In this document: positions 9,881 through 19,114 of the stretch, piece after piece
Numbering within the stretch: position 1 is the stretch's first letter
How the letters are laid out: each line of letters starts with the position of its first letter
DNA from: a virus
Direction: 5' to 3' (one strand)
Virus record (IMG/VR): IMGVR_UViG_3300048997_000353
Span: 32,001-96,000 of that record
DNA: 64,000 nt
Position numbers and translations under genes: made by a program
The notes under the pieces: generated by a model
Database searches by the model: none
What the model saw: only the letters and a program-made list of their open reading frames with translations
Told to the model about the DNA's origin: nothing

Positions 9881-11112
9881 AGGGCCGCGGCCCCTGCTTC
9901 CGTCGAAATTTGTTGGACGACTTCCTGCACAATGCCCATCGGATCGATCAAGACTGTATCATGAGAGATACAAATTTTGCGATACTCCGGCCAATCACAC
10001 GCCACAATAATTGTTGGACAATCCAGAACCTGAGCCATGCTGTGCGTGTGGACGGCCATCACATCATGCGCGCGCACGCGGCGCCCGCGGCTCTGCAGGG
10101 CTTGTTTCCACCATTGCCCGGGCGAATCATCGGAGATGGGCGTACCTGATTTGTAAGCCAAGCCCAGAATGCCCACATCGCCGTGCGGCTGGACCTGTTC
10201 GAGCACCGACCGGAGCATTCTCTTGTTCATGATGTCGGTGGCTTCGGCCATGGGAGACCGCTCGCCCACCATCGTTGCTACATACTGAAACATGCGGTTG
10301 TCGCGCGGAAAGCACGGACCGCCAAAGGGCAACCCCGCCCTGAGCGCGAGATGGCCCACGCGCGGATCCGCTCCGATCGCATCGAGAATCTTCTCCTGGC
10401 TCGCGCCCATCCTCTTCGCGACCAGTCCCACCTGGTTGGCAAAACTGATTTTCATGGTGATCGCGCAGTTGAGAGAGATCTTCGCGAGTTCTGCTTCGAC
10501 AAGAGACATATGCTTGGCCGGCGGATTGTGACAGACCATTTGCCGGTAAAGTTCTTCGACTTTCCGGCTGGCCGATTCACTGTCAGCGCCAATGAGCAAC
10601 AGCGACGGATGATGCAGATCCCGAATCACCGTGCCCAGCGCGATGAATTCAGGTTTGTACGCGAGGCCATAATGCTTGCCGAGCAGCCGGTCCAGGAGCG
10701 GTGCCGCCCGGCCCGCACAAAATCCTGGCGTGACCGTCGAATTCACGATGAACAAATAATTGCGTCGGCCCTGCCTGGCAACTTCCCGCGCCACGGCCGC
10801 AATTGCCGTGAGCAGGTGTCCGTGATCGAAACTGCCATCGCTCAAGCTGGGCGTGGCTGTGACGAACAAACATGCATCGCTCAACTGCACTGCGTCCTGT
10901 ACATTGATCGTAGCGGATAGATTATTTCTGACAGTGGATAGGTCCAGGTAATCCTGCAGATCAGGTTCCGCCACGGGAGCCTGGCGGGCGTTGACGAGCT
11001 GCACTTTCTGAATGTCCAGATCGAAGCCAACCGTCGGAACATCGGACGCCGCGAATACGGCCGCAATGGGTGCGCCCAATTTTCCCAAACCACACACTGC
11101 TATTCCGCGCAT
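9877..11112 (-). CDS. UDP-glucose/GDP-mannose dehydrogenase family nucleotide-sugar dehydrogenase
   Basis: GLGKLG Rossmann motif, STVTPG, PEFIALG, catalytic FGGPCFPRD, LGLAYK. Confidence 0.92.
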   Translation of the reverse strand: MRGIAVCGLGKLGAPIAAVFAASDVPTVGFDLDIQKVQLVNARQAPVAEPDLQDYLDLSTVRNNLSATINVQDAVQLSDACLFVTATPSLSDGSFDHGHLLTAIAAVAREVARQGRRNYLFIVNSTVTPGFCAGRAAPLLDRLLGKHYGLAYKPEFIALGTVIRDLHHPSLLLIGADSESASRKVEELYRQMVCHNPPAKHMSLVEAELAKISLNCAITMKISFANQVGLVAKRMGASQEKILDAIGADPRVGHLALRAGLPFGGPCFPRDNRMFQYVATMVGERSPMAEATDIMNKRMLRSVLEQVQPHGDVGILGLAYKSGTPISDDSPGQWWKQALQSRGRRVRAHDVMAVHTHSMAQVLDCPTIIVACDWPEYRKICISHDTVLIDPMGIVQEVVQQISTEAGAAAL

Positions 11113-11651
11113 TTTCGGCCGCCTGTCAAGAAGTTGAACGGCTTCCTTACACCGCCACTGTTATGTTCCGCAGCTTGGAGCGCGAGTTTTAAGCGATGGA
11201 TCGGTTTCATACGTCCGGTTGAGAACAGGGATCCGCGCGCCGCCATTTCAGCGCAGCCGCAGGCGTCGTAGCCATCCAGATTCTCGGCCACTTGATAATC
11301 AGAATCAATTCTAAACAGCCGGCCAGCGTATCCAACTAGGAACGTGCCGCCTGACTCTTGTTCCTTTTCCCTTGTTGCCCAACCTCCATCCTTAAAGACT
11401 TTGCGGATTTCTTCCACGACCACACAGACCATGTACGGAAAAACGCCCATGGCCGTCGGCCGCGGAGTGAAAGGCGGCGCGTAGCGAAGTAACTGGCCCA
11501 TCCTGAAACTCGACGTAAACCCCATAATGAATCGGCCCGCCACAAATATTTTTTCATCTGATCTCAGTGACAGATCGTAACCACCGAGAGCAGCGGAGTC
11601 GGCTCCCATATGAATACGGTCCTTGTCTATAATTCCTACAATGCAGGTCAT
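11100..11651 (-). CDS. HslV/proteasome-beta-like Ntn hydrolase
   Basis: Start at ATG 11651 (ATGA overlap): MTCIVG...MGADS...KIF...ACGCA...A.G, with an N-terminal Thr nucleophile position. Confidence 0.75.
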   Translation of the reverse strand: MTCIVGIIDKDRIHMGADSAALGGYDLSLRSDEKIFVAGRFIMGFTSSFRMGQLLRYAPPFTPRPTAMGVFPYMVCVVVEEIRKVFKDGGWATREKEQESGGTFLVGYAGRLFRIDSDYQVAENLDGYDACGCAEMAARGSLFSTGRMKPIHRLKLALQAAEHNSGGVRKPFNFLTGGRKCAE

Positions 11652-12454
11652 GCTCTCCTCGCAACGATGAGCAAATGCCAGCCCAACAGTTTCTCCAAAA
11701 GCTGGAATAGCGGCTTCGGCATCCAGCGGTAATACCAGCACTTTACATATCTGTGCTCGATGTAATCTGAAACCTTCCATGGGAAGATGTGTGTTTTTCT
11801 AATGCTCACAACTTCAAACCCGCAGGCCCGCAAAAGTTCTCGTGCTTGCCGTCCGGAATAAACGCGCGCGATCGGACAGCCGGCCTGCGCTTCGGGCTGG
11901 TGTTCCAAGAGATTTTTGATGGACCATTTCGCGTAGAGCATGATGCGCAGTTCGCCGTCATCGCGAAGGCAGGCTCTCATGTTCTTAAGGACGGCGCCTG
12001 GGTGGGGTGTGTGATGCAAAACTCCGAACGCGTAGGCCAGATCAAATCCTTCATTGCTGATTCGCGGTGGCAGCGGATCTTCTGCATTGGCACAGAGGAA
12101 TGCTGCGTTTTTATAACCTTTGTTGGCAACTCGATTGAACGCGAGCGTAATACTCTGCGAAGACAGATCAACGGCATCGATGTGAAACACGCCCGCCCGG
12201 CAGAACTCCAACGTGTCGGTTCCGATTCCGCAGCCGATTTCCAGCACGCGCTTATTTCTCCAGCGGGGATTGCGGCCGATACCGGACCAGGCTCCAAATT
12301 GAGCGAATATCGGAATATGCGGCTCGACTAAATATTTGCGGTTTGTTACCTCACGTGACCACAAATCGCTGCCGGTAGGGGCCTTGGAGTGGCGCACGTT
12401 GCACGGGCGCTTGTCCCAAAAGGCTTGGACCTGCTCGATCACGAACCGCCCCAA
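11648..12454 (-). CDS. Class I SAM-dependent methyltransferase
   Basis: VLEIGCGIG motif I; FDLAYAFGVLHH. Confidence 0.9.
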   Translation of the reverse strand: MGRFVIEQVQAFWDKRPCNVRHSKAPTGSDLWSREVTNRKYLVEPHIPIFAQFGAWSGIGRNPRWRNKRVLEIGCGIGTDTLEFCRAGVFHIDAVDLSSQSITLAFNRVANKGYKNAAFLCANAEDPLPPRISNEGFDLAYAFGVLHHTPHPGAVLKNMRACLRDDGELRIMLYAKWSIKNLLEHQPEAQAGCPIARVYSGRQARELLRACGFEVVSIRKTHIFPWKVSDYIEHRYVKCWYYRWMPKPLFQLLEKLLGWHLLIVARRA

Positions 12455-13833
12455 GTCTTACCGCACTGTTGGCATCTCCTGCCATTTGAAAAAATAATCG
12501 TGCACTCTGCGCTGCAATGGGGACAGATGGCGAGAGGCGCTGGCTGTGGAATGTCCGCCGCCGCCCGGATCCGGCGGTGCGTCACATCGTCCATCTTGTT
12601 GGACCTGTAATAATAGTGGTACATCACTTCGGGAACATAGTGTTCCAGTTTTACAACATTCAATTCCCGCAACGCATCGGACCAACGGTGATCCTCGCCG
12701 AAACCGCCGTCCATGGAAACCTTGAGTGCGAGCGACGTCAGGATCGGATTGACGTGCGAGATGTCCCGGTAGTGACCGTCCTGATCTGAATTCCAACCAT
12801 CGTATTTCAGGGAATGATAGGTAGGCTTCATCGCGTCGCCATCGATATAGCACTGCAATTGGAAGCCGACATAATCAATGCCATCAAGCAAGGGCAGAAT
12901 ACTTTCCACATAATCCGGAGCGACAATATCGTCGTCGTCGACGAAGCAGCTATATTCTCCGACCGCTTGCTCGCGCATGGCCTGGCGGTTTTCCCCGAGG
13001 CCCATATTTTCATCGAACAAGCGAATGTCGATTTCCACGCCGGGCGCGCGATCGACTTGCGGCTGCAGGACAGCCAGCAGCTTCTCCAGAAAATCGGCGC
13101 GCGACGGCTGCGTCAAAATCATGATTGTCCATTTTGTCGGCACTTTGACTTCTCCCCTGATTGCTTTTTTTAGTTTTTCCACGTCAGCCTTTCTTCGAAG
13201 AGTAAGCGCCTGATAGGTTCCTTCCACCCAATCGCCCTCGTGCCTTTCCAGCCGTTCCTGGGTGGTTTTGTCGATCTGCGCTTTACCGAAGACGTGATGC
13301 ATGTGCTCGATCACAACGGTGGGCAGATAGCGGCGGCGACCCAATTGATTTGCAAGAAAATTGATCCACGTATCGCCAAAGTCAGAGCTGAAATAGGGCG
13401 GCACGAAATACCCGACAGCTTCGACCCAGCGGCGGTGCACGAACGGATGGGCGCCGGCCTTGTCTGGAGCTGGCCCTCCATCGTTTCCATGGACCATCAG
13501 GATCCGGTCCAGGCAGGGAGAAAATGCTTCTTCGACGAGCCGATTCCAGCCTGGCGTGTGGAAGATCACGTCGTCATTGCATTGCATGACGATATCGCCC
13601 TTGGCTATTTTGAAAAGTTCATTCCAGGTCTGCGTGAGCAGAATTCGCGGACCCACGATATAGCGGATTCCGAGCTGCTCTGCCATCGTCGCAGATGGTT
13701 TGTCGTCATCGTCCACGTAGACAATAATTTCGACTGGATGAGTTGAATCCATCTCAACGGAGCGCCGGATTGACTCGACCGTGCGTGCTAGTCCGGCCGG
13801 CCGGCCGCGGGTGGGAAAGAGAACAGAGATCAT
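12439..13833 (-). CDS. Two-domain GT2 glycosyltransferase
   Basis: ISVLFPTRGR...VDDDD...NDDV first domain; second domain with CFVDDDD; C-terminal CPHC/CQQC Zn ribbon. Confidence 0.85.
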   Translation of the reverse strand: MISVLFPTRGRPAGLARTVESIRRSVEMDSTHPVEIIVYVDDDDKPSATMAEQLGIRYIVGPRILLTQTWNELFKIAKGDIVMQCNDDVIFHTPGWNRLVEEAFSPCLDRILMVHGNDGGPAPDKAGAHPFVHRRWVEAVGYFVPPYFSSDFGDTWINFLANQLGRRRYLPTVVIEHMHHVFGKAQIDKTTQERLERHEGDWVEGTYQALTLRRKADVEKLKKAIRGEVKVPTKWTIMILTQPSRADFLEKLLAVLQPQVDRAPGVEIDIRLFDENMGLGENRQAMREQAVGEYSCFVDDDDIVAPDYVESILPLLDGIDYVGFQLQCYIDGDAMKPTYHSLKYDGWNSDQDGHYRDISHVNPILTSLALKVSMDGGFGEDHRWSDALRELNVVKLEHYVPEVMYHYYYRSNKMDDVTHRRIRAAADIPQPAPLAICPHCSAECTIIFSNGRRCQQCGKTWGGS

Positions 13834-14036
13834 TCGCCTCTCCAGATTTGATTGACTCGATCCCTCGTGGTTTCCTTGAATAAAACAGCGCCACTCGGAA
13901 GATCGTCACAATGTTCAAACCAGAAGTTAGCTCCCTCCGGATCCGAGAGAATATTGAAAACATCGGGAACCAACTGGTTATCGCTAATTTCTAGAAACTG
14001 TTCCGCGCCGTTCGTGAATTTCAAAATCAGTTTCAT
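13830..14036 (-). CDS. Hypothetical protein
   Basis: ATG 14036 overlaps the upstream stop; its TGA overlaps the next start. Confidence 0.45.
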   Translation of the reverse strand: MKLILKFTNGAEQFLEISDNQLVPDVFNILSDPEGANFWFEHCDDLPSGAVLFKETTRDRVNQIWRGE

Positions 14037-14572
14037 GCAGGCCTCTGGAAAATGGCCAGCCCCACGATGCTGGGAAAGACCAGGTGTGGCCAATGGAGCT
14101 GCTGAAAATAATCGTAGAGTTCTGCGCAATCAAAACCCACGTCGTGCATGGCCACAATGCCAAGCGGGGCGACGTTGTGATTGCCCAGAAGTTCTAATTC
14201 TTCTAGACGGACTGGTTGTATTCCTGAATCGATAAAAACGAAATCAATGTCCGTGAGCGATACCGACTGAATCAAAACCTTGCCCTGTGATTCCATGACG
14301 GTTACTGGAAGGCCCTGCAGCCGGATCGAGGCGGCTTTGACAGTTTCCGGATCCACGTCGCAAGTCAACAGCCGTCCAAACCCATTTTTAAGCAGAGCCT
14401 TGCCGATCTGTTCCGCGCTATCCCCGACATACGTGCCGGTTTCGAGGCAGAGTCGCGGCTTCACCAGCCGCACCAGCCCATGCAGAAACTCACCAACCTC
14501 GACTTCCACTCCCTTCTGTCTTATGTATAGGTCTTTTCGATTACAGGCTGGGATCTGCGGGTAAAGTCTCAT
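14033..14572 (-). CDS. Class I SAM-dependent O-methyltransferase (Methyltransf_24-like)
   Basis: LETGTYVGDS, DFVFIDS, GIVAMHD motifs. Confidence 0.85.
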   Translation of the reverse strand: MRLYPQIPACNRKDLYIRQKGVEVEVGEFLHGLVRLVKPRLCLETGTYVGDSAEQIGKALLKNGFGRLLTCDVDPETVKAASIRLQGLPVTVMESQGKVLIQSVSLTDIDFVFIDSGIQPVRLEELELLGNHNVAPLGIVAMHDVGFDCAELYDYFQQLHWPHLVFPSIVGLAIFQRPA

Positions 14573-15615
14573 ACGCCAACTTTCGCTGTGACCGGGGCGA
14601 GTAATTTCTCAAGCATTTGCTCCAAGGTGAATTCCCGATGGACGAGTTCGCAGCCGGCGCGCGCGATCCGTTCGCGGTCCGCATCATCTTCCATGAAATG
14701 CAGAATGTCCTTGGCATTTTGTTTCAGGTAGCCCGGATCGTAATAGACCAGGTGCTCGTTATTTTTGAAGAGCACATTATTTTTCGAGGATCCACCCGGC
14801 ATCCTGGGATACATGACGAACGTTCCACAGGCCATCACTTCGAACACCTTGCAGACGAGCAGCCTCGACATGGGCGGCAGACAGAAAAACACTTTGATCT
14901 GGCGATAGTTTTCCGCGAGCAGTTCCGTGCTTTCGAGTTCCAGCACGCCGCCGATGTCCTGCACGAGAACTTGGCCGTGATGAAACGTCACCGAATCCGG
15001 TAAAAACGGTGCGAGCTTGGAGAGATATTCCTGCCGCAAGGGGTACAGTGAACCGATGAAACCAAGCGCGTACTTCTTTTCATTATACGCGCACGTTTTC
15101 AGCCATTCCTCGCTCGTGTCCGGAAAAGCATGTATCCCTGTGAGTTTTTTAAGTCCCGGCTTGAACATTGTTGTGTCGGCACCGAACGGTAGCCAATCAC
15201 CGCCATACTTGTCGGCATCCTGCGCCGCCGGAAAAGAATAAAAATTGGCCCAGCGTTTGAGCTCATCGAGCCGTGCCGGCAAACCCAGGTCCGTACGGTC
15301 CATCGTTTCATCGAACCTGGCAATCACTGGCACTTTCAAATCCTTCCAGCGACCCTCGTACACATCCGCAAGCCAAGCCTGCGTGTATTCATGAAACGCG
15401 CTGATCACCACGTCACAGGAATTCAGATCCTCGATCGACGGCATTTTGTTTCGAAGAAACTGGATCCCCGGAAGCTGCACACCCGGATGATTCCCAGGGA
15501 ACGGACAATCCAAAACTTCGTGTCCCATTCGTTCAAGTGTGAGGCGGTAGCCGCCCAGGGTAAACCAAGATGCTAAAACATTGCGGGGGTAGAACAGAGC
15601 AATTTTCACAGGCAA
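14569..15615 (-). CDS. GT-B glycosyltransferase (CgeB/Glyco_trans_1_2-like)
   Basis: WLPFGAD, LGFIGSLYPLR, KVFEVMACG, ERIARAG motifs. Confidence 0.85.
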   Translation of the reverse strand: MPVKIALFYPRNVLASWFTLGGYRLTLERMGHEVLDCPFPGNHPGVQLPGIQFLRNKMPSIEDLNSCDVVISAFHEYTQAWLADVYEGRWKDLKVPVIARFDETMDRTDLGLPARLDELKRWANFYSFPAAQDADKYGGDWLPFGADTTMFKPGLKKLTGIHAFPDTSEEWLKTCAYNEKKYALGFIGSLYPLRQEYLSKLAPFLPDSVTFHHGQVLVQDIGGVLELESTELLAENYRQIKVFFCLPPMSRLLVCKVFEVMACGTFVMYPRMPGGSSKNNVLFKNNEHLVYYDPGYLKQNAKDILHFMEDDADRERIARAGCELVHREFTLEQMLEKLLAPVTAKVGV

Positions 15616-15635
15616 GACTCTACCATCAAACGGGA

Positions 15636-15785
15636 TTATTTCTGTTTCGATTTTTGGGGTTGCTGTTTCTGCTGTTGTTCCTGCTGCTGCTTAGTAAGCT
15701 GTTTCTGTAATTCGATTTTCAGGATTTCGTTTTCAACATAGAGCTGCCCAATCTTCCCGTATAGAGTTGCAACCGTGATTTCCAT
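15636..15785 (-). CDS. Small coiled-coil protein
   Basis: MEITVATLYGKIGQLYVENEILK... after an AAGGA SD. Confidence 0.55.
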   Translation of the reverse strand: MEITVATLYGKIGQLYVENEILKIELQKQLTKQQQEQQQKQQPQKSKQK

Positions 15786-15795
15786 GATTTTCCTT

Positions 15796-16452
15796 TTAGG
15801 AAGTGCTGTCCGTGATGAGTCCGTATGCGGCGAGAGCGGTGAGCAAACTGGCGAGCGCGGCGTTCGCGCCCTTCGATCCGCTGACGGTTTGTTTCGCTGC
15901 GGGCGTTGTGGAGAAGAAGCCGACATCCCCATTTATCTGAAGAGCATTATCCGCTTGAAGATTACCTCCAAAACGCCACAGCGACGCTGATGCATTCCAT
16001 CCCAATGAACCGCCAGAAACAGCTTCGTCGGCGTAAATAGCGAAATCGCCTGACTGGAAAGCATTGATTGCTGCGAACCTGCTAGGGGCGGCCTTGTCAT
16101 AAAAAACTACGTTGAACACAGCGTTACTATTACTGTCCGTTCCCAAAGCTAGCAGCGCATGTTCGCCGTCAAAATTACCTACACCTTTCCCCGAGATGAC
16201 GATCTCGCACTCGTCAAATTCCAAAACATGCCCACCCATCGCAAACGTCTTATCCGCCGTGGGATCTAGGATCTGATCGAGCGTGGGAAAGCTTCCGCCC
16301 CCGCCACCACCGCCGATAGCTGCGCCAGCCGCATAAATCTGGCCTGTTACATCGTCGATTTCCAGCGATGGAATAATGGCTCCGTTAGATTGCTGTTCAA
16401 AAACTGGCGAGGAATTGCCAACAGGAATTGCGACCAATCTTCGCAGTGCCAT
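15796..16452 (-). CDS. Putative head fibre/decoration protein
   Basis: C-terminal GFFSTTPAAKQT...ALASLLTALAAYGLI resembles head-fibre ends; follows the capsid genes. Confidence 0.6.
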   Translation of the reverse strand: MALRRLVAIPVGNSSPVFEQQSNGAIIPSLEIDDVTGQIYAAGAAIGGGGGGGSFPTLDQILDPTADKTFAMGGHVLEFDECEIVISGKGVGNFDGEHALLALGTDSNSNAVFNVVFYDKAAPSRFAAINAFQSGDFAIYADEAVSGGSLGWNASASLWRFGGNLQADNALQINGDVGFFSTTPAAKQTVSGSKGANAALASLLTALAAYGLITDSTS

Positions 16453-16937
16453 TATTTTCCTACCCAGCCCGAAGAAGTAGATCCTCCGGATTCCTTGACA
16501 TAGAGCGTAGTGCCAGCTCCTCCACTCAAATTCAGATAGATCGATCCGACTGGTGCCGCCACCACGCCCGCGGGACTACCAATTCCGCTCATCGGGAGAA
16601 TCGTGCCACCTTGAAAACTTGCACCAGGCCCCGAGCTGCTCACGGTCACGCCAACGCTCACGCCCGCGCCGCCAGTCCACGTCGCAACCAAAATGAAATT
16701 GTCGTAGGTATCGCTGAGGGCAATGACCCGCTTGGCATTCGTCAGTCCCGCGTACGTGTCGAGGATCGCGACGTCGCCATTGTTCTTCACGCCCTGCACA
16801 ACCAGGTTCACCGTGGCGGGCGCGCCCTTAATTACGTAATCGAATTCGATGGAGGTGCTGTTCTGCAGAGCGTTTGAAATGGTGACGAGCTTGCCGGATT
16901 CATCGACCGTGAACTGCTGCTGCTGAACTTGGCTCAT
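16452..16937 (-). CDS. Putative virion decoration protein
   Basis: C-terminal GSPAGVVAAPVGSIYL...LYVKESG...GW motif, common in virion proteins. Confidence 0.6.
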   Translation of the reverse strand: MSQVQQQQFTVDESGKLVTISNALQNSTSIEFDYVIKGAPATVNLVVQGVKNNGDVAILDTYAGLTNAKRVIALSDTYDNFILVATWTGGAGVSVGVTVSSSGPGASFQGGTILPMSGIGSPAGVVAAPVGSIYLNLSGGAGTTLYVKESGGSTSSGWVGK

Positions 16938-16961
16938 GAAATCTCCTGTGGTACTCTGCTG

Positions 16962-17047
16962 CGCACATCACGTAGCGGCATGTTCCCACTGGTCATGACA
17001 CGACGCGACATGTCCGCACACGACGGGACGTTACGGAGCAGCAAAAC
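16962..17047 (+). repeat. Orphan pentamer-repeat unit
   Basis: AGCGGC(16974) ATGTT CCCAC TGGTC ATGAC ACGAC GCGAC ATGTC CGCAC ACGAC GGGAC GTTAC GG AGCAGC(17037) AAAAC; spacing 63 = 8+5x11. Confidence 0.85.
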
Positions 17048-17060
17048 TAAACCAAGACAA

Positions 17061-17091
17061 TGGCGGGAGCGATTCGTAGTCGCTCCCGCCA
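17061..17091. terminator. Intrinsic terminator after the capsid gene (possibly bidirectional)
   Basis: Perfect 12-bp hairpin TGGCGGGAGCGA/TCGCTCCCGCCA with T-rich flanks on both strands. Confidence 0.75.
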
Positions 17092-17102
17092 CCTTTGTTT
17101 CC

Positions 17103-19019
17103 TTAGCTTTGGACCGGACCGTACTTGGCTTCGGCCTTTTTCAAGATGCGGGAGAACAACGCTTTCACTCCGGCCTTGAGGAAGGAAGATTTCTCAACCA
17201 CACGCGCAGCGCGTTCGCCGTATGTGCGATAGAGATCCATAACCAACTTGGCAACTGGTCCCGACTTTTCGTAGTCGTTGACCAGCCAAGTGCGGCACTT
17301 GCTGACCCGAGGTCCGGTGAAGAAATTCTCATCGAACGCGACTGCTGCCAGCCAGCACGGAGCCACAAAAGGACCGATTCCGGTTCTCACAGCAGTAATC
17401 CACGGCATGTAGTGAGCCAATACTTGGTGGATGTACGTGCCGAAGGTCCACTGCCGGGAAACCGTGGGCCACTCGATCGCGTAGTAATCCCGTTGAGTCA
17501 GGAACTGCCGCACGGCCGGGATCCGGCTATGCGGGTAGGGATTGGTGTTGATGTCGTACACGATCGTGCCGGCGGGAAACATCGGATGGAGCCGGATGGG
17601 AATGACGGCGGAACCGGTGGGGCTGATGGAGTATTTGGATTTGTACCCCGTCACGGCGAAGCCGGCGGTCAAGCCGGAATCCTGGCCCGCTTTGTCGTAC
17701 CCGAACACGAAGCTGTTGGTGCCCGTCGACGAGTAGATCACTGCGGACTCGAGTGAGGCGCGGACGTCGGACGAAACCCAGATAGCATCGGGTTGGGCTT
17801 GGTAGTTATTCCACATGAAGGCGAGGTCGGCTTCGATTTCGGCGACTTGGCCATTGCCGGCGGGGGTCAAGCTTCCGCCGTTCATGTCGGTCCAGTTTCC
17901 GTTGAGGAAAGTGTAAGTACCGAGGCCATCGAAATCGGTGGTCTGGTAGCTGTTGTCAACGTTGAGGCCAGCGGCGGCACCGGTTTGTGTTCCTGCAGCG
18001 GCAGCGACGATGGTGTAGCTGGGCCATGCGGTGATGGCGCCGAGTTTCACGTTGGCGGCGGATGCGGATACGTTCACACCCCAGAACCAGGCATAGGCGA
18101 CAGCGCCCTTCATGGCGGGGATGGAGACGTTAACTTTTTGTGCCGCTGCGTTTGTGGTCACGAGGGCGGCCACGTTGGAAATGGCGCTGCAGCCGCAGGC
18201 CACGTTCGTGGTTGTGCCGTCCGCGTTGGTCCGAACGTAATTGGTGGTGAGACCGTTTACGACGGAAGGGGGAGCCGCATAGCCGGCCTGTCCGCCCGGG
18301 TTCATGCCCATGCCGGTGATGGCGACAACCGCCACAACGACGTTGGCCGAAGTTCCGAGCGCGCCCGTTCCTGTTGCCAGGGCAGACGTCACGTTCGTGG
18401 CTTGACCGAGAGCGAAACCCAAGTTGCCGGCGTTGAGCGAATTGGGACCGGAGTTGCCCCAGATCGTCATCATTTCCTCTTGGAGCCGGAGGCGCGCCAA
18501 GTTGCGGAAATGTTCGTCGGCCAGGTTATCGGTGTAGCCTTCCCCGGCAAACTGCGCCGTGAACGTTTCTCCACCGTCCATGCCCATTTCCTTGTAAGTC
18601 GCGAGGTAATCGACTTCGTTCGGCGTGGCGATGGCGTTGCGTTGCCCTTCGAGCAAACCGGAATAGACGAACGTGGAGTTCGGATTCCGCGTGGCCTTCC
18701 AGTGCGCCGAGGTGCCGACGCCGGCATTCACTTTTCCGGACTTGCCGATCATCTGGATGAACGGCGTGAGCAACGGGAAAATGAAATAGGCGGGCCCGCG
18801 CAGATCGTAAAAATTGAAGCCGAGGGCGGTGGTGACGCCGGCCTTGATCAGCGCGCGGCCGGCACGCTTAACCAGCGGATGTTCGGGCGACCAGTCCTTG
18901 AGGGGGATGGCTCGTGCCTGCTTGCAAAGGTCGGCAATTTGCGGATCCGACATCGCCTTTGCCATCTGCCCGCGGCTCATCATGGTAGCGGCCGCGTACA
19001 TTTCTTGCGGAACTTTCAT
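17103..19019 (-). CDS. Major capsid protein with a C-terminal CFI-box-CTERM-like domain
   Basis: Follows portal-protease-scaffold and is followed by a strong terminator. The last 84 aa start CWLAAVAF...LYRTYGERAA. Confidence 0.75.
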   Translation of the reverse strand: MKVPQEMYAAATMMSRGQMAKAMSDPQIADLCKQARAIPLKDWSPEHPLVKRAGRALIKAGVTTALGFNFYDLRGPAYFIFPLLTPFIQMIGKSGKVNAGVGTSAHWKATRNPNSTFVYSGLLEGQRNAIATPNEVDYLATYKEMGMDGGETFTAQFAGEGYTDNLADEHFRNLARLRLQEEMMTIWGNSGPNSLNAGNLGFALGQATNVTSALATGTGALGTSANVVVAVVAITGMGMNPGGQAGYAAPPSVVNGLTTNYVRTNADGTTTNVACGCSAISNVAALVTTNAAAQKVNVSIPAMKGAVAYAWFWGVNVSASAANVKLGAITAWPSYTIVAAAAGTQTGAAAGLNVDNSYQTTDFDGLGTYTFLNGNWTDMNGGSLTPAGNGQVAEIEADLAFMWNNYQAQPDAIWVSSDVRASLESAVIYSSTGTNSFVFGYDKAGQDSGLTAGFAVTGYKSKYSISPTGSAVIPIRLHPMFPAGTIVYDINTNPYPHSRIPAVRQFLTQRDYYAIEWPTVSRQWTFGTYIHQVLAHYMPWITAVRTGIGPFVAPCWLAAVAFDENFFTGPRVSKCRTWLVNDYEKSGPVAKLVMDLYRTYGERAARVVEKSSFLKAGVKALFSRILKKAEAKYGPVQS

Positions 19020-19114
19020 CGATTATCTCCAGTCAAAAAAGAAGTGCTCGCGCAGTGCGAGTGAAACTCTTCTTCGTCTGACCGGGAACGAAGGATGATT
19101 TTTGTTACTGCCGT

